Positions 16,749 through 33,396 of a DNA stretch of 64,000 bases are shown one piece after another. Each line of letters opens with the position of its first letter. Position 1 is the stretch's first letter. The DNA is from the human T2T-CHM13v2.0 reference genome, Homo sapiens, in NCBI RefSeq assembly GCF_009914755.1, contig NC_060934.1. One strand, given 5' to 3'. The translations under genes and the position numbers were made by a program. The notes beneath the pieces were generated by a model. It was not told the DNA's origin. It worked only from the letters and a program-made list of their open reading frames with translations, and made no database searches.

Positions 16749-17474
16749 AAGGAACTACATTTTTGATATGGTACTCTGCTTTAAACGCAGTAGGTACTCT
16801 GCTGAATTGGGCTAAATAAACATTTCACCTCTCAAAACTATGTGAATATTTGGCTTAAGCAAAGATAGCCTGGGACCATGAAGAAAGCTAAAACACTTAA
16901 AAAAAATGTACCCTTATTTAAAAAGTAGCATGTTTCTTTCTGATTTGGAGTGTTATGTTTTTGTTGAAAAATTGGAAATTACATAAAACCAAAATGAAAA
17001 ATATAGAGATGATCAGTAATTTCACCATGAATATAATACTCCTCTTATCATTTTGTATTCCCTTCCAACTAATTTTTCTCTTAAAAGTGGCACTATGTTT
17101 TTGAAAAAGCTGACTACTTTAAGAAAATTTCTCTCAGTTTACTTTCTTAATCGTGTGCTTTTCTGAAGAGTTGGCTCTGACGTTGACTACTATAGTAAAT
17201 CCAATTTTGATGAGTTTTTCTTTTTTAGTGGGCCAAAAAAAAAAAAAAGGAAAGAAAATTCTCCTTTGTAGAAAAAGGAGGGAGGATGGAATGTATATTG
17301 TAGTACACCTGAAAATCCATACCTTTTCTTAGCCATATACACAATTAGTTTACTCTTTCTCAAGATAATATTTTTATAGTAAATTAGGATTCTTTGTTAC
17401 AAGTGATGGGAAACCAAACTAGTGCTATGCTAGGTTAAAAAAAGGAATTTAGGGACTCAAGTCACTAAACTACT

Positions 17475-17515
<41 letters not shown>

Positions 17516-17525
17516 ACACTCACAT
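17475..17525. repeat. (CG)3(CA)n alternating purine-pyrimidine microsatellite
   Basis: cacgcgcgcacacacaca...; flanks resemble an old MaLR LTR fragment. Confidence 0.92.
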
Positions 17526-18543
17526 AGGGGTTCAATTGGGCCTTAGGAATGGCTAAATCTAAGGTCTCAAAAGCTGTCAGTTTTTTTCCTTCGGTTCGTT
17601 CTTTGTCTCTGAGAGTTAGCTTCACTTTGTCAGCCTGCTTCTTTATACTCTTCCTGGTTTTCACTCTGACTTACTGTGTTTATAATTATCTTGGGTTAGT
17701 TTTTCTTATTGCTCATTTGGAAAAACTATCAGTACTTCTGATTAGTAATTTCAGATGTTTTTATATTTTAATTTTGTATGCAAAATAAGTATCCGTGATA
17801 TTTTAAAAATATTTACTAAGTATTTCCCTAGTCTTTCTCTAAAGGGTAATCTCAAATGAAACAACTGGAACTGGATTCTCATTTGTTTAATGACTGAAGA
17901 AGTCTTCCAATTACTCTACAAACCATCGATAACTTTTGTTATTTGTGACCAGTATTCATCTAGTAAGATGTTAAATGCTTTTATGAAAGAGACAAGTGTT
18001 TTACCTAAAGAATGAGAAAAAAAAAACCCTAATTTTTTGTGAAGTTTTCTCCTTTTTTGCTGAGTGCTTAAAGAAAAAAAGTTTATGTTGTTTTAGGTTT
18101 TTCTTCTTGCTTATCACCCTAGGAACTAATTGTGTTACTTTTTAAATGTTTAAATTTAATTTTTCCTGTCCCTTCCCCATGCTTGCTAATTATGTTTTTT
18201 AAAGGTGACCCTTTAAGATGGCTCTTATAGAATAAAGAGAGACGCTGAATTTTCTAATCTTGTGGAAGAGGTTATATTTAGCCATTGGTATTTTAAGTTG
18301 GAGCACTTCATTCTACTGTGCCTTTAGTTTATGAGTCATCTGGAGAAAATGGGCTGCTTCTTGCTTTTAGGAAGAGTCTGTAGCAAATAATAATAATAAG
18401 TGCTATGGGAGATTTTTTGCCAAATAATTTAAAATGGAAAATGTTTTGTAATATATTTTATTGCCCATATGTAAAATACGTACTAAAGAATATAGGAGTT
18501 TTTGGCTCATTATTATCTTTAGCTCATAAAAATAAACAAAAGA

Positions 18544-18907
<364 letters not shown>

Positions 18908-19939
18908 TTATATAGATTGTTATGAGTTATAGGTAAGTGGAAAGCAAGCATAAACCATATGAAATTATTTTATATGCAGGATGTACAGCAGTGGTCAAAT
19001 CTTAATGATAATTGTCAGTAACTGGGGAGAATATTGTGATTATTGAAGTATTGATTTTTTTTCAAATATTTTTATATTACATGTGGTAACTTTTTATAAT
19101 CTTGTTTTATATCTACTTTAGTATGATAGCTTTACCATACTAGATATTCTATGAGGGGTAGACAGTTGGCAAAGGATGTGATATTGATTCTAATTTTGGC
19201 TACCTTTGTATTATGTGTATCATAATGATTTCACGCTTCAGTTTTCTCATCTGTACAGTATTTTGTTCTTCGTGACTTTTCTTGCAGGAATGAAAGGAGG
19301 TAGCATGGAACAAAGAAAAAAGTGTATCATATTGTAAAACAGGAAATTTTAAAGTCCTAGAGTTCAGATTTTAAATCCAAGATGTCATTTTTGAGGTAAA
19401 TTTGTCAGGTCTCCCTGGGACACAGAATGACTGCATCACTAGAATCATGAGCCCGTGGGATTGTTTTTTTCTTTTTCTCAAATGTATTTATTTAACATCT
19501 CTCTCCCTCTCTACTTACCTACCTGCCTACCTACCTACTTACCTCTGTTGTGAAACTTTTGGGAGCTCAGTATTGTCTACTATACCAAGAATACCAGTCC
19601 TTTACTCATTTTTTTGCATTACAAAGATCATATGGAATATACTGGAGGGGAATTTAGGTCTTTTGGTTCTGTGTTAGAAGAGCCCATTTTGTTTTTCCCT
19701 GCATGTGGTAGTCGGTGTATAGGCCTGTTTCTGTGATGGGAAGATGACACCTTTTGTCAAATCTCTATCCTTTTTGTATGTCAAGGAATCATTTCTTTGC
19801 AGTGAAGTAGAGTGTGCCCTGTAGTATAGCACTCTGTGTCCTTAGTCATAGCAATATTGGAGGATTGGAGAGTTAATCATGTTTGAGAAGTTAGGGGACT
19901 TGTTCTTTCAGCATCTATTTAATGAATCTGCTTGTATTT

Positions 19940-20350
19940 TTGATATCCTAATGTGTCCCAACACTGAACTCCTAATCTTTCCTCTAAAACCTGTTCCACC
20001 TGCAGCCCTCTCTATTTCACTTGATGGCAGTTTTATCCTTCTCGTTATTCAGGATAAAAACCTGAGACTCATTCTTGTTTTTCCTCTTTCTCTTATATCC
20101 CACATCTAATCCTTAAGGAAATTATACTGGCACCACTTGTGAAATATATCCTGAAATCTGATCACTTATACCATCTAAATCGCTAAAGTCATCTGTACCC
20201 CCACCTCTCTTTTGTGCCACCATCATCCTTTGCCTAGATTTTTGCAGTAGCTTCTTAGTTACTTTCTTTCCACCTTTGCTGCCTTCAATATCTTGTCAGC
20301 ACAACAGATTGGCGGACATTTTAAAAACGTAAGTCAGATAATGACACTCT
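19940..20350 (-). mobile_element. L2 fragment
   Basis: ctgaactcctaatctttcc..aaacctgttcc..ctctttctcttatatcccacatctaatcc..gtaagtcagataatgacactc. Confidence 0.65.
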
Positions 20351-20389
20351 AATAAAAATGAGAAAGGTTTAAAAATAGTAAAGATAGGA

Positions 20390-20596
20390 AGCCTGGACAA
20401 CATGGTGAAACACCATCTCTACAAAACTAGCTGAGTGTGGTGGTGCATGCTTGTGGTCAGCTACTCAGGAGGCTGAGGCAGGAAGATTGATTGAACCTGG
20501 AAGGTTGAGGCTGCAGTGAGCTGTGATTGTATCACTTCACTCCAGCCCCCGTGACTGATTGAAACCCTGTCTCAAAAAAAAAAAAAAAAAAAAAAG
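20390..20596 (+). mobile_element. Alu (AluJ), 5' truncated
   Basis: gcctggacaacatggtg..poly-A. Confidence 0.88.
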
Positions 20597-21174
20597 GAAA
20601 TATTATTTGCAGGTGAAATGGTTGTATTTAGAAACAAGAACATTTAAGTGGCAGGTAGTTACAGAATTGATACACACAAATATATTTTTTATACTTTTGT
20701 ATGTTTAAAAAAGCCACAAATTACAAATTATGTTAACAGCAATATAAAAAGAATGAAACATGAGTGGGGTTTATTCTAAGCTGAGTTGTTCAAAATTAGG
20801 GTATCTATTAACATAATTTACGATGCTTCTCAGAGGGTTTCTGTTGTTCACTCAGTGACTGCAGACCCACTAGTACTAATGAACTACTCTCTTAACTTGT
20901 TATTGAACTACACCTTCTCCAATGAGTCTGAGTCTTTAACATTGCATACTCTTTTAATCTGCCTTGGGGTACTATATAGAGCTTTCTTATATCTTATAGT
21001 TACTCTTTTATTAGAGTTAAAATACTTCTTTATGTTAAACTTCTGTTTACCTTACTCTGTGATTTATATCTTTTGATTAGAAAAGACTAATGTACCATAT
21101 TAGTAGGTTTTTGGATAAATTTTTATATTATTTTCATAGATGCTAGAAGAGCATTTGCCAAAATTCATCATTGA

Positions 21175-22557
<1,383 letters not shown>

Positions 22558-22581
22558 TGTTTAAGAATTTTTAATGAATTT

Positions 22582-22876
22582 GGCTGGATGTGGTGGCTCA
22601 CACCCGTAATCCCAGCACTTTGGGAGGCCAAAGCGGGCAGATCACCTGAGGTCAGGAGTTCGAGACCAGCCTGGCCAACATGGTGAAACCCCGTTTCTAC
22701 TAAAAATACAAAAATTAGCCGGGCATGGTGGCACGTGCTTGTAATCCCAGCTGCTTGGGAGGCTGAGGTGGGAGAATCACTTGAACCTGAGAGGCGGAGG
22801 TGGCAGTGAGCCAAGATCACTTTATTGCACTCCAGACTGGGCGACAAGAGCAAGACTCTGTCTCAAAAAAAAAAAA
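22582..22876 (+). mobile_element. Alu (AluS)
   Basis: Full-length sense Alu ~25 bp from the preceding antisense Alu. Confidence 0.95.
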
Positions 22877-23569
22877 TTTTTTTTAAATGAAAAATCTCTG
22901 TACTCAGGGCTATGACACTTTTTGGTTGGCATATGTCTTTTTGGACTTGTTCTTTCATTCTTTAAATGGTGTCTTTGATGAACCGATGTTCTTCATTTTA
23001 ATATGGACCCTCTTTTTGGTGTTCCTCCCTTTTTTTAGTTTTCAGAAGATATTGTCTATGATTGGTTTTACTTCTATTGGTTTTATTTCTTAAATGTTTG
23101 GTGGAATTCACTGGTGATACCCTTGAAGCCTGGAGTTTTCTTTGTAGGAATGTTCCATTAAAAAAAAATACTTAAAGGGCTTTTTAGATTTTTTTTCACT
23201 TCTTAAATCAACTTTGGTAAAATTTCTTTTTCTAAGTATTTGTACATTTTGTCTTAAGTGTTAAAATGCGTTAGCATAACCTTTTCCCTACAGTATCTTT
23301 CTGTGATTTTTAAATATGCATATGACCTATCATTTCTGCTAATGATTATTTGTGCCTTCTTTGTAAGAGTTCATCAATTTTATTAGCGTTTCAAAGAACT
23401 AACTTTGGCTTTGTTGGTTCTCTGTAGATCATGATGTATGTTTTCTATTTCCACGTATTTAGCTCCTTTTTTTTTTTTTTACTTTCTTTGGGTTTCATTT
23501 GCAGTTTTTTTCCTTACCCTAACCCTACAGTTGTTTTTAAAAAAAGATTCTTGAGATGGATACAGGACC

Positions 23570-24500
<931 letters not shown>

Positions 24501-25868
24501 AGGAAAGTTTTTTTGCAGAAATACACATTTTATTAAACGAGTTTGTGGGTGAAGTGTTTGTATTTTGTGTGTGCATAGTAAGTTTCTGAAGTGCATAACT
24601 TTGTGTATCTCACTAGGTAAATTTGAGTGTTGTATTTATGGAGTTGGATTTACAACATCTGGTATTTACTATTCAGTATCACTTTAGGTTATGTTTCGTT
24701 TTCTCACTTATATTGTAAGCTCATAGAAAATGGAAGATATGGACTGTGTTTTATGCTTCATAATTTTCTCCACATTGCCTAGCATAGTATATTGAGTGTG
24801 AAACAGACTTGGTTTTTAAAAAACAATTTAAGAACAAATTTAACACTAAATATTTGTTTTCCAGTTTCAGAACCTGTTCACATTATCTTTGGTGAGCTGT
24901 ATTGTAGCTCTCTGTAGTAGATAGGTATAATACTCATTAATTTATTCATATGTTACCATAGGGCGAACTGAGCCCAAGTGAATAAGTGAGTTATTTAAAG
25001 TAGGGGTTGGCAAACTATGAGCTGTGGGCTAAATTTGTCCCACCTCTTGTTCTTTATGGCCTAGAAGTTAAGAAAGGTTTTTATATGTTTTAATGTTTGG
25101 GAGAAGAAAGCATATTTTATGACACATGAATGTTATATGAAATTCAAATTTTAGTGTTCATAATTAAAGTTTATTAGAAGACACTGATGCATATTCCTTT
25201 ATGTATTGTCTATGGCTGCCTTCCCACCACTATGGCAGAATTGAGTCGTTGCAACACAGATTGGAGTTGGCATTTTCATTGCTTCACACTGCTGCTTGGC
25301 ATACTACACATCTCAGTAATGCAGTTATAATTCAACAGTGTTTCAAGTGCCATATGTATTGCTGTGCTATAACACTGTATTTTTTTTTTATTACTAGGGC
25401 ATACCTATGTGTCAAAACAAGAAAAGGAGAAAATCTCATGGTTTTAAAGCACAGTGGACTGGGGATTATTTTATCCAATTAGATGGTAAAGCATTAGGTT
25501 TATTATGCCCTTCTAAAGAAATAGAATATATATTGCCATTACCAGGCTAAGCACTTACAGTGTTCCAAATTCATAGGAACATAATTCTCATAAAAATTCA
25601 AAAATTTGAAATGTAATATGTTACAACAGCAGAATTTTTCATGCACTCACTTTTTCTCTCACTCACTCTCACACTGAAAAGGAGGCTGGACTTAATATAA
25701 GATTTTGAATGACCCATTTGTTAGCAAAGCAAGGAGAGCTATTTACTAATGGTAAGTTAGTAAATTTTCATTGTAGCAGCTAAAGAATATTTTCAGAAAA
25801 AAATTACATTTTTAAAAATATCATTAGCCATTTGGTGACCATAGTTGCTTTAAGAATTGAGGACATTA

Positions 25869-26325
25869 GGCTCGTTGCAGTGGCTCACACCTGTAACCCC
25901 AGCATTTTGGGAGTCTGAAGCAAGAGGATCACATGAGCCCAGGCGTTCAAGACCAGCCTGCGCAACATAGTGAGACCCTATCTTTTCAAAAATAAAAATA
26001 AAAAGAGTATTGAGGATTTTAGGCCAGGTGTGGTGGCTCATGCCTGTAATCTCAGCACTTTGAGAGGTGAAGGTGGGAGAATCCACTTGAGCCCTGGAGT
26101 TTAAATTCAGCCTGGACAAATGGCAAGACCCTATCTCTACCAAAAAAACCCCCCAAAAAAACAAAAACAAAAACCAGAATTGAGGACATTAGCCAGGCAT
26201 GGTGGTGTGCACTTGTAGTCTTAGCTTCTTGGGAGGCTGAGATGGGAGGATCCGTTTGATCCCAGGAGTTTGAGTTCAGCCTGGGGAGCATAGCAAGACC
26301 CCATCTCTAAAATAAAAACAAAAAA
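25869..26325 (+). mobile_element. Three tandem FLAM monomers
   Basis: Monomers at ~25869-26004, ~26022-26173 and ~26191-26325, each bounded by gaattgaggacatt or a degenerate copy. Confidence 0.88.
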
Positions 26326-26541
26326 GTGAATTGAGGACATTGGGTGTAACATCGGTAGTCAGTTAAAGAAGATAGTGGTTTTACTTGGCTCTGATGAACC
26401 AACAGATGTTACTGACACTGATCAGTTATTCAAAGAGCCAATGCTGAGTTTGAAGTGACTGAAAAATTAGCTTTCATGAAAAGTCGATGAAACATCTGCA
26501 GACGTGAATATTTTCAAAAAATTTGAGAAAACACTAATTCA

Positions 26542-26950
<409 letters not shown>

Positions 26951-27401
26951 TTATATCATAAACTTTGTAGATTTCTCCACTTAACCTTTTTGCTCCATAT
27001 ATATTTTAAATATACATTATACATATATATATGGATCAGAAAAAAGGGTTAATTGGAGAAATCTACAAAGTTTGTGAAACTATAAGGTTGTAAAGCCTAT
27101 GGCTATTCATTGTATTATTTATTAGCAGCTATTTTGTAGACAACATTTGAATCTATGATTTATTATTTGAATATCATTTATTATTGAACCAGTATTATCA
27201 ACAGTGAACTTCATTTGCTGTATGAAGAGATAGTTCTGTAAGTTTTTATCAGAAATTTAAGCTGTATATTTGACTTGCCTGACCACCCATCAGTTTGATT
27301 ACTGCAGTTGTTTGAGCTTATGGTCAAGATTCAAATTTTTCTAAACAAGGAGAAGCTCCTTCAACTACTGTTATTGCATATGAAATGGCTTTGAAAATTA
27401 G

Positions 27402-28057
<656 letters not shown>

Positions 28058-28598
28058 TAATTTTGAGGCATACCAGTGCTTATATGTAAAACTTACACTA
28101 TGGTAAAGTTATTTGACAGCAGCTAATGTAGTTTGAATCACAAGTAATGTCAAGCTGCTTTATATACAATGTCCCATTCTGTCAAAAGTTAAAACAAGAA
28201 GTGATACTTCTATTTCCACACACATTTGTAGCAGATGTTTGTGGGCTCAAACTATAGTTTTAGCAATATTGATGCCAGAGCAGAGATAACTTCTTTATTT
28301 CAAAATCCATCTAACACTGCAATCGAGGAGCTTCTACCTTATGTTACATTAGAAGTGATTAATCTGCAATCTACATGCTAAAGGGGAAATATCAAGAAAA
28401 AGCTCTGATAGAATTCTATAAATGCTTTCTAAGTGATAAATATGCTTAATTTAAATCATATGCTATTGGATTTATATCAGTATTTGGGAGTATCTATTTG
28501 TATATAGAGACATTCAAAGTTGAAATATGTGAAATTATTATAGATCAATGTTAACAGATGAATATTTGCGATCAATTTTGATTGATAACAGTAACTTT

Positions 28599-28917
<319 letters not shown>

Positions 28918-29380
28918 TTAAATGAAATGTTATTTCCCCTAAAAGAATTACATTCTTCTCATTACTAAACCTGATAAACAAAAAATTTTATTGTTATTAA
29001 TATTCCTAAATTTGTCAGTAAAAGTTTTTTGTTTTATAAGTACCTAGATAATGTCCTTGGTTTTTTTCTCATTACCCATAGAGCCCAAACTATTTACTAC
29101 CTGGCCTTTTACAAAGAAAGCTTTCTGACCCTCATCTTCTTCTAAAAGAATAATAGATGTCTAATTAGAAACCAGTTATGCATTGGGTTGAGTATCCTTT
29201 ATTAGCATTTTAAAGTTCTTGCATTTCGAAAATACTAAAAATACTCAAATTTAGAAAAGTTAGTTGTCTTCATAATGTAATTTAAATGTTTGAAGTGTTA
29301 CAAAAGAGATTCACCTGCAATTAAATATCAGCAGAGTGTGTCCTGTACCCTTATCCTGCAACACTTTTCTCCTATAGTAA

Positions 29381-29821
<441 letters not shown>

Positions 29822-29858
29822 TGAAGTCCAGTTTGTACTGGAAAGAATTTATATTCCA

Positions 29859-30200
<342 letters not shown>

Positions 30201-30932
30201 TTAAAAAAAAAACAACCCAGGAATAATTTCTTCAAATTCATAAGCATGGCAGGCAGTTTTATTTTAAATTCTGTGGGAAATATGAATTTAAGGATCTCAT
30301 GTACCATGCCTTGATAATCATTTCTCTGTAATGTATATTTTGGCAAATGATATTGTTATGAAACATACTTTTGCATTAATATTAACTTTATGCATAATAA
30401 AGATGCATCTTCAGTTTTTTGTTTGTCCTATGAGAGTTTACAGCTGGGACATCTTTTACAAAAGTATATTTATAACCTGTTCAGAAGATATGAAACACAA
30501 TAATGAGATAATCACCTATGTATTTTTCAGTTAGCAGTTACAAAAGGATTATTGACACTTATAGTTGTTAATATCTCAGTAAAAACATACTCTTGTGCTT
30601 ATTTTAAAATTGAACGCTAGTCTATATTTTTAAAGTTTCCTTTTATGGAATATTTTGTCTTTTGGCACTTTGCATCTGGATTATAGTTCCCCCATTTAAG
30701 AAAAAAACCTGTTTCTATTCAATAGGATTAAAAACACACTTTCAGTTTTAGAGCAGATTTATCATCTACCCTTCAGGCTATTCTTTAATATGGAGCTCTT
30801 AAAAATGAGTATATTAAGATATTCCCCAGATGTTTTAAACTTCAGCAAACTTGTGGTTTTCTTTATTTGTAGTATTTGGAAGATGAAAGAAAGTATCTCC
30901 AGTATCTAAACACTTTTCATATTGGTTTTAAT

Positions 30933-30933
<1 letters not shown>

Positions 30934-30987
<54 letters not shown>
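30934..30987. repeat. Uninterrupted poly-T, 54 nt
   Basis: Counted directly; not attached to an Alu or L1 body. Confidence 0.95.
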
Positions 30988-30990
<3 letters not shown>

Positions 30991-30991
30991 A

Positions 30992-31426
<435 letters not shown>

Positions 31427-32300
31427 TTACATTGTTATGTGATTCATATTTGTTTTGTATAGCTGTAACATTTGGTTAATTGTTTAGTGGGTTATTGAAT
31501 AGATTATTTTCTTCATTACTTAGTACAGTGGGGATTGAGAATGCTTTGTATCAAGTGTCTTACAAGTATTGGGAAGTTTGAATTAAAAATATTAAAGATG
31601 TCAGTCATTTACTTCTTTTTTTTTTTAAGGTGGTAGCCCAATTGAAAATTTTCTGCAAAATCAGTAACTAAGTTATTTTTCCACAATTATAAACTTAGTT
31701 GATGGCATTTATTGAGTGCTTACTACGTTCAAGGTAAATGAAATGAAAGAGTGGAATAGTGCATTATACACGCACACACTCAAGGGAAGCAAGTATAAAC
31801 ACCTTATTTCATCTCACTTGTTTAGAAATTTGATTTTGTTTTTTCTTGCTGGGTAACATATCTGTGTTAATCGAAAATTTATGACTTAGAGTGGAATTTC
31901 TCTAAAAAGCAGTAGGTGACAGGGATACAAGATAAATAATTTCATCAGAGAATAGAAATTCTTTTTTACAATGGATAAAATTGTGCTTGTAACAGGGATA
32001 CAAGCACAAACCAAATCAATGTTTAATTATTTTAAAAATATTCAAGGGAAATCTAGTTTTGTTAAAATTTGTATAGGTTGGTAGTGTGCATGTTCTTAAA
32101 AATCCAAGAACAATAGCAGCAGCAATTCTTATTTAATCTTTCTTTAGTGTGTCCATTCAACCATTCATTCATCAATTTTTTTTTCTGTGTACCCATTATT
32201 CATCAGGCACTATGCTTAAATATCGTGGAACACAAAAAGAAATAGTCTTTAATGCTGTGTTTTACAAATGAGGAAACCTAATCTCGGAGAACTTAAATTA

Positions 32301-32627
32301 CAGTTGTCCTTTGGTATTCATGGGGGATTGGTTCCGGGAACTTCCTCAGATACCAAAATCCAAGGATTCTCAAGTCCCTGATATAAAATTCTGTGGTATT
32401 TGTATATAACATATGCATATCCTCCCATGTACTTTAATTTCTAGATTACTTATAATACCTAATATAATGTAAATGCTGTGTAAGTAGTTGTTATACTCTC
32501 TTGTTTAGGGAATAATGTCAAGGAAAAACACTCTTTACATGTTCAGTACATATTTTTCCAAATATTTTCAATCTGTGGTTGGTTGGATCCATGGATGTGG
32601 AACATACGGATATGGAGGGCCAGCCGT
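32301..32627. mobile_element. MER2 (TcMar-Tigger MITE) inserted into a MIR
   Basis: TA-flanked; cagttgtcctttggtattcatgggggattgg ... ggatatggagggccagccg. MIR core tttacaaatgaggaaac on the left and cttgcccc..gccaggtc on the right. Confidence 0.85.
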
Positions 32628-33079
32628 ACTTGCCCCATGTCATATAATTAGATGAATATAGAATTAAAGCCAGGTCCGTCTGACAGAGCGTTTGCTTCTA
32701 ACCATTGAGGAATGTTGCCTACCCTGATGACTCTACTATAGGAAATCATATATTGATATCAAATTGATCTTATATGTCTGTAGTGAGGAACTTGGCCATG
32801 TTGGACCTATCCCCTTCCCTCCTTGCTCCTCTCCTTTCTTCCTCCCTTACCCCCACAGCTTCACCCCTCCCTTAGCTCTTTTTTCTGACAGGTGGCTGTT
32901 TCCATCCCTGTTTGCTGGCACCTTCTCCACTTAAATTTTGGTATATCCCTTGGTTCCACTCTCTGTGTTCTTCTCTTGTGTATGAGTGTGGATTTTGTGT
33001 TTGCTTATCCTGTGTGGAGTTTCTGAGCTTGAATCTGTTAAGAGTATGTCATTAATCAAATTTGGAAATTTTTAAGCCA

Positions 33080-33396
33080 TTTTTTTTTCTTTCTTTCCTT
33101 TCCTTTTCCTTTTTTAGAAGCAGGGTCTTGCTTTGTGGTTCAGGCTGCAGTGCAGTGGCACAATCTCAGTTCACTACAGCATCAAACTCTTGGACTGAAG
33201 TGATCGTCCTGCCTCAACCTCCTGAGTAGCTGGGACTACAGGCATGCATCACTATGCCTGGCTATTTTTATTTTTTTGTAGAAGTAGGGTCTCACTATGT
33301 TGCCCAGGCTGGTTTCAAACTCGTGGGTTCAAGCAGTCCTCCTGCTTTGGCCTCCCAAAATGCTGAGATTATAGTTGTGAGCCACCATGCCTGGTC
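33080..33396 (-). mobile_element. Alu (AluJ) within old L1M-like sequence
   Basis: TSD aagccatt. Confidence 0.9.

Noticed and set aside
25854-26341. CRISPR-like repeat-spacer array
   Set aside because: The repeats are 14-bp retrotransposon TSDs and the spacers are Alu monomers; the context is eukaryotic and there are no cas genes.
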